A stretch of 32,000 nt of DNA. Origin: Geobacter metallireducens GS-15 (GTDB taxonomy: Bacteria; Desulfobacterota; Desulfuromonadia; Geobacterales; Geobacteraceae). The stretch lies in contig NC_007517.1 in the NCBI RefSeq assembly GCF_000012925.1, positions 1,110,001-1,142,000 of the forward strand, read 5' to 3'. This document shows, piece after piece, positions 8,196 through 16,248 of this stretch. The notes under the pieces are model-generated. The model worked only from the letters and a program-made list of their open reading frames with translations, ran no database searches and was not told the origin of the DNA. Made by a program: the position numbers and the translations under genes. How positions within the stretch are numbered: position 1 is the stretch's first letter; each line of letters starts with the position of its first letter.

Positions 8196-8227
8196 CGGTT
8201 CACGCGCGTGCGCGCGTGAACCGGTGA
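8192..8227. repeat. Perfect 17-bp inverted repeat (GC-rich palindrome) upstream of the DAC-like gene
   Basis: TCACCGGTTCACGCGCG-TG-CGCGCGTGAACCGGTGA. It lies 40-75 nt upstream of ATG 8153, at the right edge of the AT-rich islet. Confidence 0.7.
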
Positions 8228-8546
8228 TCTACCCAAATGGAACATTCCTGCCAGCCCAGGGGGATTCCCATATCATCGGGCGATTCTGGCTGATCGCATG
8301 GAGATGGAGGGCTGGATTAAAACAAGCCAACTGATTTGTACCATAGGCGCGGATCAACAGCAATCAGGTTCACGCTTAATAACTGCTGCACTGATGCATC
8401 CCATTCGGCGCGTTCCGATAGTTGAACTGGCACCGTGGACCGGCCCAGTGACGGTTTTGTCCTCCGGAAGGTTGCGGTAAACGGCAAAGAAAGGTAATAG
8501 TGGAGGGCAACGCTGTGATTCTCTCCTGAAAGGAAAACCATCCGCC

Positions 8547-9389
8547 ATGCCACGAGCCGCCGAAAAGAAGGCCTTTGTCGATACGCTGTGCCGCGAGAAT
8601 CCCGAGTACACCGAGGTGCTCGCCATCTTCAGCGAGTTGTATGCCGCCATCGAGGGGAAGGAGGGGGAGACCGGCCTGACGGTCACTCTGCCGGAGAGCC
8701 CTGCGGCCGACCGCTTGCGTGACGGGGTCCCTCTCATCTCCTTCGATGCCATTGCCGTTGACCGCGAGAAGGCGCTGGCGTTCATCGGCACGGTGATTGA
8801 CGTGATGCAGCGGATGGGGAATGACGGCGGCGAGAGCCTGGAGCGTCTCCGGGCCGCACTTGCGGAAGGAGAGGCCGACCTGCTGGCGCTTCTGCGGGGT
8901 GTCTTGGCCCACGAGCGGAGGGTGATTCTCGAAACGGCCCTGGCGGTCCGCATCGACCCGGGGCTCGTGGAATTTGCCTTCCACACTCCCCTGAGGGTTG
9001 CCCTTGAGCAGGTGGCCGAAGGGGTCGACCCTGGGCTCTATGCCGGCTGGAACAAGCACTTCTGCCCGGTCTGCGGTTCCCCCGCCGCCATGGCCGAACT
9101 GGTGGGGGATGAGGGGGAGCGCCACCTTTCCTGCTCCACCTGTTTCAGCCGCTGGACCTACAACCAGCCAAACTGCCCCTTCTGCGGCAACGACGACCCG
9201 GAACAACTCACTCATTTCACCACGGGCGAAGGCCCTCACCGGGTTGATATCTGCCTTGCCTGCTCCCAGTACCTGAAGACCCGCCTTTCCCCCACGGGGA
9301 GCGCCGGCGTGCCGCCGGAACAGGATGACCTCGCCACCGTGCTCCTGGATCTGCTGGCGGCCCAGGAAGGGTACCGGCGGGGGAGGTGA
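8547..9389 (+). CDS. fdhE: FdhE-like protein (formate dehydrogenase accessory protein family)
   Basis: 280 aa with the four CxxC pairs characteristic of FdhE in its C-terminal half: 'CPVCGS', 'CSTCFS', 'CPFCGN', 'CLACSQYLK'. Confidence 0.7.
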   Translation: MPRAAEKKAFVDTLCRENPEYTEVLAIFSELYAAIEGKEGETGLTVTLPESPAADRLRDGVPLISFDAIAVDREKALAFIGTVIDVMQRMGNDGGESLERLRAALAEGEADLLALLRGVLAHERRVILETALAVRIDPGLVEFAFHTPLRVALEQVAEGVDPGLYAGWNKHFCPVCGSPAAMAELVGDEGERHLSCSTCFSRWTYNQPNCPFCGNDDPEQLTHFTTGEGPHRVDICLACSQYLKTRLSPTGSAGVPPEQDDLATVLLDLLAAQEGYRRGR

Positions 9390-9503
9390 TCCGGTTGCCG
9401 ACCCCTCGGTGTTACCATTCTATATTTTGCCCTTTTTCAACAGGCTTCCTTCTGTTTTAATACTTCAACATTGCCCGGCCCTGGGGCGACACTGAAGCAG
9501 CGG

Positions 9504-9530
9504 AAAAGGAGCCCATGGGCTCCTTTTTTT
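9504..9530 (+). terminator. Rho-independent (bidirectional-type) terminator downstream of the fdhE-like gene
   Basis: AAAA-GGAGCCCA/TGGGCTCC-TTTTTTT: a perfect 8-bp GC-rich stem followed by T7 and preceded by A4. Confidence 0.6.
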
Positions 9531-9570
9531 GTTCCGGATCGGCCCCGCAGTAGTTTTGCACGTGCCTTGA

Positions 9571-9598
9571 TTGACATGGCCTGGATGCGCGGTATACG
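9571..9598 (+). promoter_or_regulatory. Possible sigma70-type promoter for the histidine kinase gene
   Basis: TTGACA (9571-9576), 16-nt spacer, TATACG (9593-9598), about 55 nt upstream of the start codon. Pattern match only. Confidence 0.3.
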
Positions 9599-9649
9599 AG
9601 AAAGGGGAACTATGCGCCGTCCGCCAACCGGTAGAAACGGCGCAGGGGA

Positions 9650-11470
9650 GTGTTGATGGAAGATGCGTCGCGGCAGGGTGAAGAGCACAACCAGCAGGAG
9701 CGGGAGATAAAACGCCTCAACCGTCTCTACGCGGCCCTCAGTCAGGTTAACCATGCCATTGTCCGTATCAGGACACGGGAGGAGCTGTTCCGGGAAGTGA
9801 CCCGTGTCCTGGTTGAGGCCGGCAAGTTCTCCATGGTCTGGATCGGCCAGCACAATCCCGCTACCCACGAGATCAAGGTGGCAGCCCAGGAGGGGGACGA
9901 AACCGGTTACCTGAACGGTATCCGCATCTATGCCGACGATCGCCCCGAGGGACGTGGCCCTTGCGGGACAGCCATTCGCGAGGGGCACACGTATGTCTGC
10001 AATGATTTCCTGAACGATCCGCGCACGTTGCCGTGGCGAGAGTCAGCGGCCCGAGCGGGATGGCATTCCGTCGCGGGGTTTCCCATCCGCTTGGGTGAGG
10101 ACGTCTGCTGCGCCCTGATGGTGTATGACCATGAGGTGAATTTCTTCGGCGAACATGAGGTGGCGCTGCTCGAAGAGGTAGCGCAGACCATATCCTTCGG
10201 ACTCCTCAGCCTTGAGCGCGAAACCCTGCGAAACCAGTCGGAAGCGGCCCTCCGCAGGTCAGAGGAAAAATTCAGGAACATCTTCGAGAGTGCGCCCGTT
10301 GGCATCTTCCAGTCCACCATTGGTGGCAGGTTTCTGGGAGTCAACGCAACCCTTGCCGGGATGTTTTGCTACGATACTCCTGAGGAAATAGTCGGCGCCG
10401 TGACCGATATTACGTCGCAGCTTTTTGTCGATCCAATGCAACGCACCGAGCTTATCCGGTCGGTCCTGGAATCGGCTACGTTTGCCCGGAGTGAGGTCTT
10501 GTACCGACGCAAGGATGGAACGGTATTTATCGCCACCCTCTCCATGAGAGCAGTGCGTAACGACAACGGTGACGTCGCTTTCCTTGAGGGGTTTGTGGAG
10601 GACATAACCGAACGGAAGCATGCGGAAGAGGAGATACTCAAACTCAACACTGACCTTGAGCAGCGGGTCAGAAACAGGACCGCCGAGCTTGAGGCGGCGA
10701 ATTCCGCCTTGAAAAAGGAGATAGAGCACCGGAAGAAGGCGCAGGGAGAGATAACGCGGTTGAACCTGGATCTGTTGCGGCAGAAGGTGGCGCTGGAAAC
10801 GGTCAACCGGGAGCTGGAGAGCTTTAGCTATTCGGTCTCCCACGACCTGCGCGCGCCGCTGCGCCATCTCGATGGGTTCAGCAGGATACTCGAGGAGGAG
10901 TGCGCCTCGAAACTGGACGAGTCGGGGATGGATTGTCTCCAGCGGATTCGGGCCGCCGCCATGAAGATGGACACCCTGGTCAACGCCCTCTTGCAACTGT
11001 CGCGAATGACACGCACGGAAATAGACCTGCACCCCGTCGATGTTTCGGCCATGGCCAGAGAAATCGTGGGGGAGCTTGCCAAATCCGGCCCGGACCGGAA
11101 CGTGACGGTTGACATCGAAGATGGTGTCGTGGTCATGGCCGATCCCCGTCTCCTGCGGATAGTCATGGATAATCTTCTCGGTAATGCGTGGAAATACACG
11201 TCGAAGAATAATGACGCCTGCATAGAGCTCGGGACCATGGAGGTGACGGGGAAACGTGCCTGCTTTGTGCGGGACAACGGGGCCGGCTTTGATATGGCCT
11301 ATGCGGGGAAGCTGTTCGGGGCATTCCAGCGGCTGCACAGCGAGGCGGAATTCGAGGGGATCGGGATCGGGTTGGCCACGGTCCAGCGTATCATCCACCG
11401 CCACGGCGGGAAGGTCTGGGCTGAAGGCCAAGTGGGGAAAGGGGCAACGTTTTATTTCATGCTGGAATGA
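9650..11470 (+). CDS. Sensor histidine kinase (GAF + PAS + coiled coil + HisKA + HATPase_c)
   Basis: H-box 'SYSVSHDLRAPLRH', N-box 'LLGNAWKYT', G-boxes 'VRDNGAGFD' and 'GIGIGLATVQRI'. An N-terminal GAF-like region and a PAS region ('IFESAPVGIFQS') are present. No TM segments, so it is a cytoplasmic sensor. The start is GTG 9650 or ATG 9656. Confidence 0.85.
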   Translation: MLMEDASRQGEEHNQQEREIKRLNRLYAALSQVNHAIVRIRTREELFREVTRVLVEAGKFSMVWIGQHNPATHEIKVAAQEGDETGYLNGIRIYADDRPEGRGPCGTAIREGHTYVCNDFLNDPRTLPWRESAARAGWHSVAGFPIRLGEDVCCALMVYDHEVNFFGEHEVALLEEVAQTISFGLLSLERETLRNQSEAALRRSEEKFRNIFESAPVGIFQSTIGGRFLGVNATLAGMFCYDTPEEIVGAVTDITSQLFVDPMQRTELIRSVLESATFARSEVLYRRKDGTVFIATLSMRAVRNDNGDVAFLEGFVEDITERKHAEEEILKLNTDLEQRVRNRTAELEAANSALKKEIEHRKKAQGEITRLNLDLLRQKVALETVNRELESFSYSVSHDLRAPLRHLDGFSRILEEECASKLDESGMDCLQRIRAAAMKMDTLVNALLQLSRMTRTEIDLHPVDVSAMAREIVGELAKSGPDRNVTVDIEDGVVVMADPRLLRIVMDNLLGNAWKYTSKNNDACIELGTMEVTGKRACFVRDNGAGFDMAYAGKLFGAFQRLHSEAEFEGIGIGLATVQRIIHRHGGKVWAEGQVGKGATFYFMLE

Positions 11471-11479
11471 AAAGCCGGA

Positions 11480-12490
11480 TCACATGCCGATGCCGACAAT
11501 GGTTGTGCCGCAGTCGGGGCACCTCCCGTCCCGGATCTGGTTATTCTCGATCAGGTAGCCGTAGCGCTCAATGAGCAGGGCAGAGCAGGATGGACACCAG
11601 GTATTCTCTCCCCCCTCGCCGGGGACATTCCCTTCATAAACGTAGTTGAGTCCCGCCGCCTTGCCGATGTCGCGGGCCCGCCGCAGCGTCTCCACCGGCG
11701 TCCGGGGACGGTCGGTCAGCTTGTAGGTGGGGTAGAACTGGGTCACGTGCCATGGGGTGTCGGCCCCCAGGTTGTCGACGATGAAGGAGGCGATACCCTT
11801 CAGCTCGCCGTCGGAGTCGTTGAGACCCGGGATGACGAGGGTGGTGAGCTCGATCCAGATCCCCTGCTTCCGGTACTCGATAATGGAGTCGAGAACCTCT
11901 GACAGGCGGCCATGGACGTAATCGCGGTAGAAGTCCTCCGTGAACCCCTTCAGGTCGATGTTGGCCGCGTCCAGATAGGGGGCGATGGCCGTCAGCGCCT
12001 CCCGGGTGATGTAGCCGTTGGTAACGAACACATTCAGAAGTCCCGCCTGGCGGGCGAGCCGGGCGGTGTCATAGGCGAACTCGAAGAAGATGGTGGGCTC
12101 GGTGTAGGTATAGGCGATGGAGCGGGATCCCGTTGCCAGGGCCTTTTCCACCACGGATTCCGGTGTCTGTTGAATCCCGGCAACGGGGCCTTTGGGAGCC
12201 ACCTGGGAGATGGAATAGTTCTGACAGTGGTGGCAGCGGAAGTTACACCCCATCGTGGCGATGGAAAATGACTTGCTTCCCGGCAGTACGTGGAAGAGGG
12301 GCTTTTTCTCGATGGGGTCAACGTTCTCGGCAACCAGCTTGCCGTAGACCAGCGAATAGAGGGTACCCCCCCGGTTCTCACGAACCGCGCAGATGCCCCG
12401 GGAGCCGTCGGCGATCATGCACCGGTGGCGGCAGAGGCCACAGTGGGCCCTGTTGCCGCTCTCCCGCTTGTAGAACATGGCTTCTTTCAT
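11480..12490 (-). CDS. amrS: AmmeMemoRadiSam-system-type radical SAM enzyme
   Basis: From the internal Met 'MKEAMFYKRESGNRAHCGLCRHRCMI...GICAVRENRGG...VDPIEKKPLFHVLPGS...MGCNFRCHHCQNYSISQ', which carries the family N-terminal Cys motif plus the CxxxCxxC radical SAM motif. RBS GGAGGG precedes ATG 12490. The track ORF extends to 12622. Confidence 0.8.
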   Translation of the reverse strand: MKEAMFYKRESGNRAHCGLCRHRCMIADGSRGICAVRENRGGTLYSLVYGKLVAENVDPIEKKPLFHVLPGSKSFSIATMGCNFRCHHCQNYSISQVAPKGPVAGIQQTPESVVEKALATGSRSIAYTYTEPTIFFEFAYDTARLARQAGLLNVFVTNGYITREALTAIAPYLDAANIDLKGFTEDFYRDYVHGRLSEVLDSIIEYRKQGIWIELTTLVIPGLNDSDGELKGIASFIVDNLGADTPWHVTQFYPTYKLTDRPRTPVETLRRARDIGKAAGLNYVYEGNVPGEGGENTWCPSCSALLIERYGYLIENNQIRDGRCPDCGTTIVGIGM

Positions 12491-12507
12491 GGCATACCCT
12501 CCGACTC

Positions 12508-12900
12508 TCAGAGCGTTACGCCCGGCCCGTACGAGGGGCCTTCCCGGCGAGTCTGGCAACTGATGCAACAGGGGGCGTAGGGGGCCACCCGGAGCCGGCC
12601 TTCGTCGATTTCTGCACCGCACTCATCGCAGAAGCCGTAACGTCCCTCCTTCAGCCGGCCCAGGGCCTCGTCCATCCGGGTCAGTTCCTGCCGGCGAATA
12701 TCAGCCACGGCCATACCGGTGTCCTCAAGCGTATCGATGAGCCCCCGATCACCCACATCCTGGGGAAGGTCGTTCTGGCTCTGCAGCTCTCCTCCCACCT
12801 GGCCGAACAACTCCCGCCGCACCTCGCCCCACAGCCGCCTCTTCTCGGCCAGCAGCAGTTCCATAAGCCGTTCCTGACGCTCTCTGGACATCCGTGTCAT
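12508..12900 (-). CDS. DksA/TraR-family C4 zinc-finger protein
   Basis: 130 aa with a coiled-coil-like N-terminal half and 'CDECGAEIDEGRLRVAPYAPCCISC' (CxxC-x17-CxxC). It ends 17 nt upstream of the radical SAM start, so the two are likely co-transcribed. Confidence 0.8.
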   Translation of the reverse strand: MTRMSRERQERLMELLLAEKRRLWGEVRRELFGQVGGELQSQNDLPQDVGDRGLIDTLEDTGMAVADIRRQELTRMDEALGRLKEGRYGFCDECGAEIDEGRLRVAPYAPCCISCQTRREGPSYGPGVTL

Positions 12901-13660
12901 GTTCTCCTCCGAATCTCCCGTGATGGAGCCCGTTCGGGTATACTTAAAGATGAGGATGAATTATCAAAAGAGAGTATACCACGTATCCGGCATCGCGCTT
13001 CACGGCGGGGCCGGAGGGGGCGCCGGGGCAATCGTGCGAAAGGAAGACAGGATACGGCGCAGCATCGCCCAGGAGGCGGCGCGGCTCATGTACGAGGAAG
13101 GGGTGCGGGAATACCGTGACGCCAAGCGGAAGGCGGCCCGGCGCTTCGGTCCCGAGAAGGCCCTGTCATTGGGCTCCCACCTTCCGTCTAATGCCGAGAT
13201 CCATGGGGAGCTGCAGCGCCTCATCGGCCTCCACGAAGAAGATGTGCTGCCGGAACGGCTGCTCCGCCTGAGGTGCGCGGCCCTCCGGCTCATGGAAATG
13301 CTGGCGCCGTTCGAGCCCCGTCTCGTGGGGTCGGTCCTCACCGGCGCGGTGACAGCGCATAGCGACATCGACCTCCACCTCTTCGCCGCTTCCAATGAGG
13401 AGGTAGAGGAATTTCTCCGTGGCAAGGGGATACCGTACGAACTGGAGATCGTTACCATCCGTCACGGCGGGGAGTTCTTCGACTATCCCCATATCTACCT
13501 TGATGACGATGGGGTGGTTGTCGAATGCACCGTCTATCCCCTCGCGGACATCCGTCGTATCCCCAAGAGCAGTATAACCGGCAAGCCCATGGAGCGGGCC
13601 GGCGCGAAGAAGCTGAGAAAGCTCGTCGCCGAGGGTGAGGAGTTCGATGGGAAGGGTTAG
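12899..13660 (+). CDS. Nucleotidyltransferase-domain protein (Pol-beta superfamily); start codon uncertain
   Basis: 'GSVLTGAVTAHSDIDLHLF' matches the GS-x9-13-DxD minimal nucleotidyltransferase motif. The first ~35 codons of the track ORF look non-native, so a downstream start is plausible. Confidence 0.6.
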   Translation: MFSSESPVMEPVRVYLKMRMNYQKRVYHVSGIALHGGAGGGAGAIVRKEDRIRRSIAQEAARLMYEEGVREYRDAKRKAARRFGPEKALSLGSHLPSNAEIHGELQRLIGLHEEDVLPERLLRLRCAALRLMEMLAPFEPRLVGSVLTGAVTAHSDIDLHLFAASNEEVEEFLRGKGIPYELEIVTIRHGGEFFDYPHIYLDDDGVVVECTVYPLADIRRIPKSSITGKPMERAGAKKLRKLVAEGEEFDGKG

Positions 13661-14187
13661 TGCCTGCGATAGGTCCCCATCAGCTCTCCCCGCGCCAGGA
13701 TGTGCCCCGTCATGGCTCGTTCCAGCGCGGTTTTGGTGGTGGCCGGCGCCAGGGTGAGTTTCGAGTCGAGGGCGTAGAGCTTGAAGAAGTAGCGGTGGGT
13801 CCCCGACGGGGGGCAGGGGCCGCCGTAGCGGTTTTTCTTCCAGTCATTGAGCCCCTGGATGGCGTCGGCGGGGACACTGTTCTCCCTGATCTCCCTCGTT
13901 TCAGGGGGGATGTTCCACATCACCCAGTGGACCCACATTCCCACCGGCGCGTCCGGGTCGTCGACGATGAGAGCAAGGGATTTGGTGCCGGCCGGGATGT
14001 TGCCGAACGCCAGGGACGGGTTGATGTCCTGCCCGTCGCAGGTGAAACGGGCCGGGATCGCTCCCTTGTGGGTGAATGCCGGACTCGAAATCTGCAGTTC
14101 ACTCATGGTGCGTGCCTCCTTTCCGATCGCTGCCGGCGGTGCCATGAACAAGCCTGCCAGCAGCCACGGCATGATACGCTTACCCAT
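13657..14187 (-). CDS. YbhB/YbcL-family (PEBP/Raf-kinase-inhibitor-like) secreted protein
   Basis: Signal-peptide-like N-terminus and the family motifs 'IVDDPDAP', 'WVHWVMWNIP', 'GPCPPSGTHRYFFKLYALD'. Its stop overlaps the stop of the convergent gene (TTAG). Confidence 0.85.
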   Translation of the reverse strand: MGKRIMPWLLAGLFMAPPAAIGKEARTMSELQISSPAFTHKGAIPARFTCDGQDINPSLAFGNIPAGTKSLALIVDDPDAPVGMWVHWVMWNIPPETREIRENSVPADAIQGLNDWKKNRYGGPCPPSGTHRYFFKLYALDSKLTLAPATTKTALERAMTGHILARGELMGTYRRH

Positions 14188-14543
14188 TGCCGATCCTCCT
14201 GAACGCCTTCATCCCCGTTCGAAATACCGCTGCCGGCCGGCAGCCCTGCCAACTCCAGTGCGTTGCTGGGCGGGAGGCGTTGATGTTGTTGTTGAAGTAG
14301 AGTATAGCGCAGGGGAGGATAGTGGCAAAATTCTATGAAGGCGGGTGCAAAGGCATTACAGAATTGGTGGGTTTTACCGCCCGCCAAAAATGATGAGAGG
14401 TTAGGCCTGATGCCTTCCTTCGCCGGAATCGTGTCCAGGTCCTCTTTGCCAGCGGATCAATTGTCCGCCTGGTTGCATTCCTGGGGAAGCATAGTACCCT
14501 TGGTGCAACATACAATGGAATACAGGTTGTTACGTGTCCAAGG

Positions 14544-14565
14544 GGCGCCGAACGTGTTCGGCGCC
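14544..14565. repeat. 10-2-10 perfect palindrome in a divergent intergenic region
   Basis: GGCGCCGAAC-GT-GTTCGGCGCC, about 75 nt upstream of the AhpD-like gene start. Confidence 0.5.
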
Positions 14566-14641
14566 TAAACTTTTACCTGGAGGAGGTAAGTATAAAAGCC
14601 CCACGGGTTGACAAGGGAGACTTCATGCAAGGAGGCAGCGG

Positions 14642-15103
14642 ATGCGAATCGAATATGTCAAAGTGGTGCCTGACGTATACAGAGCGATGATGTGTCTAGA
14701 ACATCAGGTCGAAAAGAGCGGTCTGGAAAGCCCACTGCTCGACCTGATAAAGATGCGGGCATCGCAGATCAATGGTTGTGCCTATTGCATCGACATGCAT
14801 TCGAAGGATGCCCGGGCGCGAGGTGAAACCGAGCAGCGGCTTTACGAACTGGATGCCTGGCGGGAATCACCGTTTTACACTGAGCGGGAACAGGCTGCAT
14901 TGGCCTGGACCGAAGCTCTGACGTTAGTCACCAATGGTCATGTACCTAATGGGGTTTATGAGGAAGCCCGGAAACAGTTCACCGATGTTGAGCTTGTTAA
15001 CCTCACGCTTGCCGTCGTCGCAATAAATGGTTGGAACCGCTTGGGGATCGCCTTTCGTTCTGTCCCTGGCGGGTACCATCCTGCCAGCGGCCTCTCACGG
15101 TGA
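14642..15103 (+). CDS. Carboxymuconolactone decarboxylase (AhpD-like) family protein
   Basis: 'INGCAYCIDMH' CxxC motif and the size (153 aa) are typical of AhpD/CMD family proteins. RBS AAGGAGG lies upstream. Confidence 0.85.
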   Translation: MRIEYVKVVPDVYRAMMCLEHQVEKSGLESPLLDLIKMRASQINGCAYCIDMHSKDARARGETEQRLYELDAWRESPFYTEREQAALAWTEALTLVTNGHVPNGVYEEARKQFTDVELVNLTLAVVAINGWNRLGIAFRSVPGGYHPASGLSR

Positions 15104-15301
15104 AGTTGTGAGTTTTCATGTTGCGGATGTTCGACCTGCCTTGGCGCTACGGCAATAGTTGCGGTTGCCGGTTTCAGTGATAATGTTCAAAAATAACAAT
15201 GCATTTCACGACGAAGAACTTTCGCCATGGAGGAAAAATAACTGAATAGATTCAGGACGACAATCGACGAGGAAAAGAACTTTTGGAACGTGGAGGTTGC
15301 C

Positions 15302-15592
15302 ATGTTTGTTGTCATAGTTAACTTTCCGCCAATCAAGGCGGGCAAAGAGACAGAATTCCAGCAATGGTTTGCGTCGTCGAACCAAGTGTTTTCCGGATTC
15401 GAGGGTTTTGTTCGGAGGAGGCTCCTGAAGTCGGTGGAAGGCGAGACCTATGCCGCCATCGTTGAATTTGAAACCCGGGCTGCCTTCCAAGCCATGCACA
15501 ACAGCCCCGTTCACGACATGTACGGTGAACAAGTCATGCCATTGTTTGATGGTAGACCTGTCCCTGCCTTCTACGAGGTGATCGCCGGATAG
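15302..15592 (+). CDS. Antibiotic-biosynthesis-monooxygenase (ABM)-like small protein
   Basis: About 96 aa, 'MFVVIVNFPPIKAGKETEFQQWF...YAAIVEFETRAAFQAMHNSP', a ferredoxin-like ABM pattern. GGAGG lies 5 nt upstream of ATG 15302. Confidence 0.7.
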   Translation: MFVVIVNFPPIKAGKETEFQQWFASSNQVFSGFEGFVRRRLLKSVEGETYAAIVEFETRAAFQAMHNSPVHDMYGEQVMPLFDGRPVPAFYEVIAG

Positions 15593-15666
15593 CCATAACG
15601 AAGCAGCAGAGAAGTTGGAAAGATCGGCTTGATTGAGACAGTCATGCCCGAATGCGGAGGCAGGCA

Positions 15667-16209
15667 ATGGAAAAGAGAGCGACACAGATACTCGAAGAAG
15701 AGCACCACCTGATCCAGCAGGTGGTCGGCGCCATGGCCGCGCTGGCTGACCGGGTGTTCGAGGGGCAGGTGGCGGAAAAAGAGACACTCGTCAATCTCGT
15801 GGACTTCATGCGGGTATTCGTGGAGAAGTGCCATCACGAAAAGGAAGAAAATCACCTCTTCCCACTTCTGGTAAAGAAAGGAGTGCCGGTAGCGGGGTGC
15901 CCGATCGGTATGCTGACTCGCGAACACCAGGCTGCCGGCAAACTGACGACCGACTTGGGGGCGGCGGTCGAGGCGTATCTCAAGGAACCCTCGGGAATGG
16001 GGCACTTTCTGGTAACGACCCTGCGTGGCGTCGTAGCGCTCTATCCGGGGCATATCTGGAGGGAAAACTACCTCCTGTTTCCCATGACCGACAAGATCCT
16101 GGACGATCGGGAACAGGAGGGACTGGTGGAACAGTTCGAGACAGTGGAACGAAAGATAGGCCTTGATGTCCATCAGCGCTTCGAACATCTGGCTGAGAAA
16201 GCTGGGTAG
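15667..16209 (+). CDS. Hemerythrin (HHE cation-binding) domain protein
   Basis: 'EEEHHLI', 'EKCHHEKEENHLFPLL', 'LTREHQ' and 'HIWRENYLLFP' give the repeated H/E metal-ligand pattern of hemerythrin-like domains. The track ORF starts at 15652. Confidence 0.8.
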   Translation: MEKRATQILEEEHHLIQQVVGAMAALADRVFEGQVAEKETLVNLVDFMRVFVEKCHHEKEENHLFPLLVKKGVPVAGCPIGMLTREHQAAGKLTTDLGAAVEAYLKEPSGMGHFLVTTLRGVVALYPGHIWRENYLLFPMTDKILDDREQEGLVEQFETVERKIGLDVHQRFEHLAEKAG

Positions 16210-16248
16210 GCAGGGCTTCGGATTCTTAAGGTGAAAGGGGAAAAGACC

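Noticed and set aside
10259-11431. 390-aa minus-strand ORF opposite the histidine kinase; comparable ORFs lie opposite fdhE (8376-9239), htrA (17057-18241) and acnA (21006-21854, 19584-20357)
   Set aside because: Same reasoning. The sense-strand genes have clear family motifs, and the antisense products are low-complexity with no RBS or context.
14400-14480. On the minus strand, 'CCGGCGAAGGAAGGCATCAGG' vaguely recalls the SRP (4.5S) RNA domain IV 'CCGGAAGGAAGCAGCC'
   Set aside because: The match is partial. The flanking sequence does not form the required long helix 5/8 pairing, and the symmetric-loop and GNRA tetraloop arrangement is absent.
14335-14568. 77-aa + strand ORF in the long intergenic region, ending at the palindrome
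   Set aside because: There is no RBS, the composition is unremarkable and I recognise no motifs. I treated the region as non-coding, but it is flagged as a finding for RNA or regulatory checks.
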